NCBI RefSeq assembly: GCF_000195955.2
Contig: NC_000962.3
Coordinates: forward strand, 3,570,001 to 3,602,000
Direction: 5' to 3'
Source of the DNA: Mycobacterium tuberculosis H37Rv
Lineage (GTDB): Bacteria; Actinomycetota; Actinomycetes; Mycobacteriales; Mycobacteriaceae
DNA length: 32,000 bases
In this document: positions 10,277 through 17,797 of the stretch, piece by piece
How the letters are laid out: the number at the start of each line of letters is the position of its first letter
Position numbering within the stretch: position 1 is the stretch's first letter
Made by a program: the position numbers and the translations under genes
The notes under the pieces: generated by a model
Told to the model about the DNA's origin: nothing
Databases searched by the model: none
The model's input: the letters and a program-made list of their open reading frames with translations, nothing else

Positions 10277-10495
10277 GTGGCTACCATGGCGGCGGTCGTA
10301 GGCGGCGGTCCACAGGACGAAATACCCGAAGCCGATGCGGTGGAGCAAGGGCGTGCTGTCGATTTCGACGACGAAGCCGGGTTGGACACCGCCTACCTCA
10401 GCGGCGGCGCCGGCGACCGAGACGCCAGCGAAGCCGACGTCGTCGACCAAGCCTTCGTCGTTCCGGTCGCCGACGACGAAGAAATCGACCGGTAG
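10277..10495 (+). CDS. Small, very acidic hypothetical protein (69-72 aa)
   Basis: The ORF has high third-position GC. A GAGGGG Shine-Dalgarno-like element at 10272..10277 lies 8 nt before the internal ATG at 10286. The product is D/E-rich with no recognisable motif. Confidence 0.45.
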   Translation: MATMAAVVGGGPQDEIPEADAVEQGRAVDFDDEAGLDTAYLSGGAGDRDASEADVVDQAFVVPVADDEEIDR

Positions 10496-10525
10496 CAGGC
10501 GTCGCCGGGCTGGCATCATCGACGC

Positions 10526-10684
10526 GTGATCATCGACCTTCACGTACAGCGCTACGGCCCGTCAGGGCCCGCGCGGGTGCTGACCATCCACGGAGTGACC
10601 GAGCACGGGCGCATCTGGCACCGGTTAGCCCATCACTTTGCCCGAAATCCCCATCGCCGCACCCGATCTGCTGGGCCACGGTAG
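10526..10684 (+). pseudogene. Out-of-frame N-terminal fragment of the lipV alpha/beta hydrolase (beta1-beta3 and HG oxyanion-hole segment)
   Basis: GTG 10526 opens MIIDLHVQRYGPSGPARVLTIHGVTEHGRIWHRLAHH, a textbook alpha/beta-hydrolase N-terminus. It then reads FARNPHRRTRSAGPR and stops. The sense continues in the +1 frame as LPEIPIAAPDLLGHGRS. Confidence 0.6.
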
Positions 10685-11312
10685 GTCACCATGGGCCGCG
10701 CCGTGGACCATCGACGCCAACGTGTCCGCCCTGGCAGCACTCCTCGACAATCAGGGCGACGGTCCGGTAGTGGTGGTCGGACACTCCTTCGGCGGCGCTG
10801 TCGCTATGCACCTGGCCGCGGCCCGCCCAGACCAGGTCGCGGCGCTGGTGTTGCTCGACCCGGCGGTCGCTCTGGACGGGTCCCGGGTACGCGAGGTGGT
10901 CGACGCCATGCTGGCCTCTCCCGACTACCTGGACCCCGCCGAGGCCCGGGCCGAGAAGGCGACCGGTGCCTGGGCGGACGTGGACCCCCCAGTGCTCGAC
11001 GCCGAACTCGACGAGCACCTCGTCGCATTGCCCAACGGTCGGTACGGTTGGCGTATCAGCCTGCCGGCGATGGTGTGCTACTGGAGCGAACTGGCCCGCG
11101 ACATCGTGCTGCCGCCGGTGGGAACGGCAACCACGCTGGTTCGGGCGGTCCGTGCGTCACCGGCGTACGTCAGCGACCAGCTGCTCGCGGCCCTGGACAA
11201 ACGGCTAGGAGCCGATTTTGAGCTACTAGACTTCGACTGCGGGCACATGGTGCCCCAAGCCAAGCCCACTGAGGTCGCGGCGGTGATCCGCAGTCGACTG
11301 GGACCGCGCTAG
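10638..11312 (+). CDS. lipV: Alpha/beta-hydrolase (lipase/esterase LipV) as the 224-aa TTG-initiated ORF
   Basis: GHGRS turn, nucleophile elbow GHSFGG and C-terminal catalytic His (CGHMVP) are present. The 224-aa length matches my recollection of the annotated lipV. See the finding on the frameshifted N-terminus. Confidence 0.8.
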   Translation: MPEIPIAAPDLLGHGRSPWAAPWTIDANVSALAALLDNQGDGPVVVVGHSFGGAVAMHLAAARPDQVAALVLLDPAVALDGSRVREVVDAMLASPDYLDPAEARAEKATGAWADVDPPVLDAELDEHLVALPNGRYGWRISLPAMVCYWSELARDIVLPPVGTATTLVRAVRASPAYVSDQLLAALDKRLGADFELLDFDCGHMVPQAKPTEVAAVIRSRLGPR

Positions 11313-11314
11313 CC

Positions 11315-11620
11315 ATGGCGCCGGTGACCGACGAACAGGTGGAGCTGGTGCGCTCACTGGTCGCGGCCATCCCACTCGGCCGGGTGTCCACCTACGGCGA
11401 CATCGCAGCTCTCACAGGGCTTTCCAGTCCGCGTATTGTCGGCTGGATTATGCGGACCGATTCCTCGGATCTGCCCTGGCACCGGGTGATCAGAGCCTCC
11501 GGGCGCCCAGCACAGCACCTGGCCACCCGGCAGTTGGAGTTGTTGCGCGCAGAGGGCGTTCTCAGTGTTGACGGCCGGGTGGCGCTGAGCGAGATCCGCT
11601 ATGAGTTTCCGCCGGGCTGA
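11315..11620 (+). CDS. Alkyltransferase-like (ATL) protein: MGMT DNA-binding fold without the acceptor cysteine, 101 aa
   Basis: IPLGRVSTYGDIA...SPRIVGW...LPWHRVI corresponds to the MGMT helix-turn-helix and active-site loop. PWHRV replaces PCHRV. Confidence 0.85.
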   Translation: MAPVTDEQVELVRSLVAAIPLGRVSTYGDIAALTGLSSPRIVGWIMRTDSSDLPWHRVIRASGRPAQHLATRQLELLRAEGVLSVDGRVALSEIRYEFPPG

Positions 11621-11626
11621 GTAGGT

Positions 11627-12505
11627 TTAGAGCACTAGCCGCACTAGGGCCGCGGTGTGGGCCAGGCCGGGAAACGCTTCGGCGGTGGATCGTGGGTGCA
11701 GCGCGTACACTGCTAGGCGGAACATCAACGCGCGCAACAACATCTGGGGCCACTCCGGCAGCGCGTTCCACCGCTCGATGAGCCCGTCGTCGGCCGCACC
11801 CCAGGACAGCGCGTCGACGACGGCCACCCCGGCCGCCCAGGATGCGGGCCGCCAGTAGGGCGTGATGTCGGTGATCCCTGGAGGGGCGGTGCCCGCGAAA
11901 AGCACTGTACCGTAAAGATCTCCGTGCACCAGCTGGTTCGGGCTCTTGGTCGGCTTACGCAACCCGGCAAGCTGATTGATCAGATCGATCGATCGCTGGG
12001 GGTCCGCTGCCGGGGGGGCGGTCGGCACGCCCGGTGGGACCGACTGTAATGGCCGCTCCTCCCACCCAGCTCGGTCTGCGGCGACGAACACATCGATCTC
12101 GGCCCAGGGCGCCGCGGGTCCCTGGGTCAAGAATCGGGGGCGTTCCAGTTTTCCGGTGGCCTCATGCAGCCGCACCGCCGCCGAGACGACCTCATCATGC
12201 CTAGGCTCCGGCGCGCCGGCGACGAACGTGTCTGCCCGCCAACCAGACACCACGTACCGGCCGTCGGTCGATCGGACGGGCCGAGCCAGGCGTACGCCGT
12301 CGACGAACAACGTCTCGCGCACCCGGGCCGACCAGGCCGCGCGGGCGTTGTCGGCCACCATCGACAACACCACCTCGCCGCATCGCCAGCCACCTTCCCA
12401 ACCGGCACCCAACAGGATGGGTTGCGCACCTGCCAAACCGAACGCCACCAACACGTGCTCGGGCGGCGGCTCGACATTCACACCGGTCAGCCTAGTAGAG
12501 CCCAT
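11627..12505 (-). CDS. Conserved actinobacterial protein with kinase/phosphotransferase-like HGD motif, 292 aa
   Basis: The ORF track gives 314 aa. I chose ATG 12505 (MGSTRLTGV...) because the longer form would overlap the moeZ stop at 12532. It contains LVHGDLYGTVLF, which resembles the APH/choline-kinase catalytic loop. Confidence 0.72.
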   Translation of the reverse strand: MGSTRLTGVNVEPPPEHVLVAFGLAGAQPILLGAGWEGGWRCGEVVLSMVADNARAAWSARVRETLFVDGVRLARPVRSTDGRYVVSGWRADTFVAGAPEPRHDEVVSAAVRLHEATGKLERPRFLTQGPAAPWAEIDVFVAADRAGWEERPLQSVPPGVPTAPPAADPQRSIDLINQLAGLRKPTKSPNQLVHGDLYGTVLFAGTAPPGITDITPYWRPASWAAGVAVVDALSWGAADDGLIERWNALPEWPQMLLRALMFRLAVYALHPRSTAEAFPGLAHTAALVRLVL

Positions 12506-12531
12506 CGGGGTGTATTGGGCCTGTATCGGTC

Positions 12532-13710
12532 CTAGTACATCACCATGTCGGGCTGCATCTGCTTGGCCCACGCGACGATCCCACCCTGCAGGTGTACCGC
12601 GTCGGAGAAACCGGCTTTCTTGACCGCAGCCAATGCCTCGGCCGAGCGCACGCCCGTCTTGCAGTACAGCACGGCGGTGCGGTCCTGGGGGAGCTTGGCC
12701 AGACCCTCACCCGAGTTGATCAACGATTTCGGAATCAGTTGGGCTCCGTCGATATGCACGATGTCCCACTCCACGGGATCGCGAACGTCGATCAGTGCCA
12801 GCTTACGGCCGGAGTCCAGCCAGTCGCGCAGCTCGCGCGGCGTGATGGTGGAACCTTTGGCCGCCTGGGCGGCATCGTCAGCAACCACGCCGCAGAACTG
12901 TTCGTAGTCGACCAGCTCGGTGATCTTCGGTGTCGATGGGTCCTTGCGGATGGTGATCGTGCGATAGCTCATCTCCAGCGCGTCGTACACCAGCAACCGG
13001 CCAAGCAGTGTTTCACCTATCCCGGTGATCAGCTTGATCGCCTCAGTGCCCATCACCGATGCGACCGAGGCACAGATAATGCCCAGCACCCCGCCTTCAG
13101 CACAGGACGGCACCATGCCCGGCGGCGGCGGCTCGGGATACAGGTCGCGGTAGTTGACACCCAACCCGTCGGGGGCGTCCTCCCAAAACACCGATGCCTG
13201 GCCCTCGAAGCGGTAAATCGACCCCCACACGTACGGCTTGCCAGCCAGCACCGCGGCGTCGTTGACCAGATACCGGGTGGCGAAGTTGTCGGTGCCATCC
13301 AAGATCAGGTCGTACTGCTTGAACAGGTCGACGGCGTTGCTCGGCGCAAGCCGCAGCTCGTGTAGTCGCACCCGGATCAGCGGGTTGATCGCGACAATCG
13401 AATCGCGCGCCGACTGAGCCTTGGAGCGCCCGACGTCAGCTACCCCATGGATGACCTGGCGCTGCAGGTTCGACTCGTCAACCACATCGAAGTCGACGAT
13501 GCCGATGGTGCCGACGCCGGCGGCGGCCAGATACAATAACGTGGGCGCTCCGAGCCCGCCGGCGCCGATCACCAGTACTCGCGCGTTCTTGAGCCTCTTC
13601 TGCCCGTCAACACCCAGGTCAGGAATGATGAGATGGCGGCTGTAGCGAGCTACCTCTTCACGGCTGAGCGCGGATGCTGGCTCAACTAGTGGCGGCAAGG
13701 ATGTCGACAC
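12532..13710 (-). CDS. moeZ: MoeB/ThiF-type adenylyltransferase fused to a rhodanese domain (sulfur-carrier protein activase MoeZ/MoeB1), 392 aa
   Basis: Nucleotide-binding loop VIGAGGLGAP and E1-like core are present. The C-terminal rhodanese has active-site CKTGVRS. Confidence 0.9.
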   Translation of the reverse strand: MSTSLPPLVEPASALSREEVARYSRHLIIPDLGVDGQKRLKNARVLVIGAGGLGAPTLLYLAAAGVGTIGIVDFDVVDESNLQRQVIHGVADVGRSKAQSARDSIVAINPLIRVRLHELRLAPSNAVDLFKQYDLILDGTDNFATRYLVNDAAVLAGKPYVWGSIYRFEGQASVFWEDAPDGLGVNYRDLYPEPPPPGMVPSCAEGGVLGIICASVASVMGTEAIKLITGIGETLLGRLLVYDALEMSYRTITIRKDPSTPKITELVDYEQFCGVVADDAAQAAKGSTITPRELRDWLDSGRKLALIDVRDPVEWDIVHIDGAQLIPKSLINSGEGLAKLPQDRTAVLYCKTGVRSAEALAAVKKAGFSDAVHLQGGIVAWAKQMQPDMVMY

Positions 13711-13766
13711 CGAATATCTCCTCGGTTATATCCGAAACGTCTGCTGCGCGTCGTCCTGCAAATACC

Positions 13767-13795
13767 TCAACGCCCAGCTTGCCACCTTTGCTTCC
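13767..13795 (-). promoter_or_regulatory. Candidate SigH/ECF-type promoter for moeZ (GGAAGC-N17-cGTTGA)
   Basis: The minus strand reads GGGGAAGC aaaggtggcaagctggg c GTTGA, ending about 55 nt upstream of the moeZ start. Spacing and the -10 GTTGA are identical to the motif upstream of sigH in this window. Confidence 0.4.
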
Positions 13796-13800
13796 CCGGG

Positions 13801-14829
13801 TTAGGGAATCGGGTAGGGCCAGGGATTGAATCGGCAGGTCTTTCCATCCGCCTTAACGAAGTCGGGGTCAAACTTGGCCGCGTCGTCATTGGAGGTGGAA
13901 AACGTCTGCTGCATCATTACCGGAGCCAGACCGCCTTGTTGGTCGCACGGCTCGTGGCGCAGGTAACCGATGGCATGACCGACCTCGTGGTTGATCACAT
14001 ATTGCCGATAGGAACCTACGTCACCTTCGAATGGAACGGCTCCGCGTACCCAGCGCGCCTCGTTGATGAACACCCGCGATTGGCGATCCATGCCGCCGAA
14101 CGACGGGTTGTAGCAGGACGTCTCGAGCCGGAATTCGTAGCCACACCCCCCGCGCACTGTCGTCGGCGACACCAGCGAAATCCGGAAGTCGGGTTTTCCG
14201 CTGTCGATCCGCACGAACGCGAATTGCGGATTGTGGGTCCAGCCCTTGGGATTGGTCAACGTCTGGTCGACCATCTGGGCGAATGCGTTGTCACCGCCGT
14301 ACATTGTGGGATCAAGACCGTTCTCGATCTCGACGGTATACCTGAACACTTTGACGGTGCCTTGACCGACCTGGGGAGTAGTGCCCGGAACGACACGCCA
14401 GGTCTTGTCACCAGCCTCGGTGAACGGGCCGCCATCCGGCAGCGTCCCGGCCGGCAGATTGGCATCGAACACTGCAAGACCGCGAGGCGGTGCGTCGAGG
14501 ATCGCGGTCCCCACCACACCAATGGCCGGCGAGTCCCGGACGGTCTGGGCCGCCGCGGGCCTTGGCGTGCTCGTCCCGGTCACCGTCTGGTACACCACCA
14601 CCGTGGTCAGCACCATCAGAACCGGCAGGGCGTAGGCGCGCCAGCCGTACGTGGACACGAACCGCCCCAACCAGGTTTGTTTGCGCCATTGACGCTTCCG
14701 GTCGCGGCGGGCCCGGACCCGTCTGTCAGTCGCGGCGAGCGGGTCGCGCAGGGCCCGCAGCGGCTCACGCCACTCGTCACGCAGCACGGGTACTCGACTC
14801 GTGCTTCCGGCGGGCCACGGAGACGTCAT
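13801..14829 (-). CDS. Membrane-anchored putative zinc metallopeptidase (HExxH), up to 342 aa
   Basis: Arg-rich N-terminus, then one TM helix (AYALPVLMVLTTVVVY), then an extracytoplasmic domain with NHEVGHAIG. The start is uncertain. GTG at 14658 would give 285 aa but removes the cytoplasmic tail. Confidence 0.75.
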   Translation of the reverse strand: MTSPWPAGSTSRVPVLRDEWREPLRALRDPLAATDRRVRARRDRKRQWRKQTWLGRFVSTYGWRAYALPVLMVLTTVVVYQTVTGTSTPRPAAAQTVRDSPAIGVVGTAILDAPPRGLAVFDANLPAGTLPDGGPFTEAGDKTWRVVPGTTPQVGQGTVKVFRYTVEIENGLDPTMYGGDNAFAQMVDQTLTNPKGWTHNPQFAFVRIDSGKPDFRISLVSPTTVRGGCGYEFRLETSCYNPSFGGMDRQSRVFINEARWVRGAVPFEGDVGSYRQYVINHEVGHAIGYLRHEPCDQQGGLAPVMMQQTFSTSNDDAAKFDPDFVKADGKTCRFNPWPYPIP

Positions 14830-14997
14830 TTCCTCAGGATGACACAGCTGGCCCGGGTCGCGACCCTGGCGCGCCCGAATGCAACACCCAACAAACTATC
14901 CCGCCGCTACCGATGCCGCAGGTAGTAATGTCATTCCGACAGACGCGCGGCGGTGGGGGTTGGCACAGTGGCCCTCGAATTAGTGTGATCAGATTGA

Positions 14998-15949
<952 letters not shown>

Positions 15950-16270
15950 GGTGGCCCCTTCCATTGGCATTCCGTCACAGGCGTGTCACCAGCAGGCTAG
16001 TAGACGCCCCTGGCCCCCATAACGGTTAGGTCTAGGCCAGCCCGACACGCCGCCAGACACCCCATCCGCCGGCAGGGGCTCGATAACATCAGCACCATCG
16101 GTAACACAGTTAACGACCTCTACGAGTGCGTTCGGAACGTCCGGGAAGTCCAGGACTACCCGGACGACGAGAGCTCGAGCGGCTTCGGGGCTGGCCGGAC
16201 CTGTTCGGAAGGCGAGTTTGCCTGGGCGGCTGACCGCCGATGGCGCCCGGTAGCTGCGATCCTCGGCAGT

Positions 16271-16834
16271 GTGGTGGCGCTTGGCGCGGTCGCGACCGCA
16301 GTCATTATCAACAGCGGAGATAGCACGTCGACCAAGGCCATTGTCGGGGCACCAGCCCCGCGCACGGTGATATCCACCTCGCCACGACCAACGGCCCCGA
16401 CCAGCACGTCACCCCACCCTTCGCCCAGCACCTTGCGGCCGCAGCTCCCGCCGGAGACGGTCACCACGGTGGCACCGCCGGGCACCGGGCCTACTACCGT
16501 GCCGACGCGAACCCCCACCGCCGCGCCACCTCAGACTGCTGTGCCACCGCCGGCGCCGCTGAATCCGCGCACCGTCGTCTACCGCGTGACCGGCACCAAG
16601 CAGCTGTTCGACCTGGTGAACGTCGTCTACACCGATGCGCGGGGCTTCCCGGTGACCGACTTCAACGTGTCGCTGCCGTGGACGAAGATGGTCGTTCTGA
16701 ACCCCGGCGTGCAAACCGAATCGGTCGTCGCGACCAGCCTTTACAGTCGTCTCAACTGCTCGATCGTCAATACCGGCGCTCAGACGGTGGTGGCGTCAAC
16801 CAACAATGCGATCATCGCGACATGCACTCGCTAG
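16271..16834 (+). CDS. Thr/Pro-rich protein with C-terminal MmpS-like domain (>=186 aa; true start probably upstream)
   Basis: The C-terminal VVYRVTG...VSLPWTKMVVL...LNCSIVNTGAQTVVAS...ATC resembles the MmpS fold. A Pro/Thr linker precedes it. The first canonical start (GTG 16271/16274) lies inside the predicted TM helix. Confidence 0.75.
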   Translation: MVALGAVATAVIINSGDSTSTKAIVGAPAPRTVISTSPRPTAPTSTSPHPSPSTLRPQLPPETVTTVAPPGTGPTTVPTRTPTAAPPQTAVPPPAPLNPRTVVYRVTGTKQLFDLVNVVYTDARGFPVTDFNVSLPWTKMVVLNPGVQTESVVATSLYSRLNCSIVNTGAQTVVASTNNAIIATCTR

Positions 16835-16843
16835 ATCTGGGAT

Positions 16844-17539
16844 CTAGCTGAGACCCAGTTCCCGCATGCGTTGGTCGTGGGTCTGCTGCAACCGGTCGAA
16901 GAAGGCACCAAGCTGGCTCAGTCCACCACTACCGGACACCACCAGGTCGACCAGCTCGTCGTGGTCGGCCAACACCAGCTGGGCCTGCGTTATCGCCTCG
17001 CCGAGCAGACGACGCGACCACAGCGCCAGTCGGCTGCGCTGTTTGCCGCTGGCCGTCACCGCTGCGCGCACTTCGGCGACGACGAACTGAGAGTGCCCGG
17101 TCTCCGACAACGCCGCCCGCACCACGTCAGCAACCTCGTCAGGCAGCCCGTCGGCGATCTCCAGATACAAATCGGCGGCCAACGCATCGGCAACATAGGT
17201 CTTCACCAGGGCTTCCAGCCATGTGCTCGGCGTCGTCAGCCGGTGGTAGTTTTCTAACGCTGAGGTGTACTTCGACATCGCCGACACCACGTCGACGCCG
17301 CGACGTTCCAACGCATTGCGCAGCAGCTCGTAGTGCCCCATCTCGGCGGCGGCCATGGATGCCATCGAGATCCTTCCCCGCAGATCCGGGGCCATGCGCG
17401 CCTCATCGGTCAATCGGTAGAAGGCGGCAACTTCGCCGTAGGCCAGCAACGCGAACAATTCGTTGACGCCGGGATGATCCGCCGGCAGCCGTGGCCTGGG
17501 TGAATCGGCCACCTGATCGGCGGATGAGGGCGATGGCAT
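16844..17539 (-). CDS. Ferritin-like (putative di-iron four-helix-bundle) protein of unknown function, 231 aa
   Basis: Two ExxH motifs (AEMGH, ETGH), each preceded by conserved Glu residues (YGEVAA, LYLEIAD), in a predicted all-helical protein. Confidence 0.8.
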   Translation of the reverse strand: MPSPSSADQVADSPRPRLPADHPGVNELFALLAYGEVAAFYRLTDEARMAPDLRGRISMASMAAAEMGHYELLRNALERRGVDVVSAMSKYTSALENYHRLTTPSTWLEALVKTYVADALAADLYLEIADGLPDEVADVVRAALSETGHSQFVVAEVRAAVTASGKQRSRLALWSRRLLGEAITQAQLVLADHDELVDLVVSGSGGLSQLGAFFDRLQQTHDQRMRELGLS

Positions 17540-17797
17540 GGCAACACTCTAGTAGGCAGGCTCAGCGGCAAATGGGAACCTGCTGGCCGACCAGCTATCA
17601 TGCTCGTTAGGTGGCGGCATTGGTTCGACTGCCGCTACCGGCGAAATGTGCGTGCATGGAGTCTGCCCCGCCTGGACTGTGCTAGGGGCCGGCGACTCGG
17701 CGACGTAATCGGAGTCGGAACTCATGCGCGCGTGAACCGCGACAGAGAAACACCGACACACGACCGACACCGTCACCGAAAGGCCGCTTACCCTCGT

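Noticed and set aside
14925-14937. Small palindrome GTAATG-T-CATTCC between the metallopeptidase-like gene and the TetR gene, as a possible TetR operator
   Set aside because: It is only a 4 to 5 bp perfect half-site match, shorter than typical TetR operators. Nothing distinguishes it from chance without binding data.
16156-16518. 120-aa minus-strand ORF antisense to the Thr/Pro-rich gene, as an alternative explanation for the coding-like signal at 16080..16270
   Set aside because: The periodicity I counted (high GC3, low GC2) is in phase with the plus-strand frame that continues into the MmpS-like gene. The antisense product is Gly/Val/Arg-rich with no features.
16831-16847. 7-bp stem hairpin CTAGATC-tgg-GATCTAG between convergent stops
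   Set aside because: It is too short to call a terminator with any confidence. It is noted only as a possible weak 3' structure.
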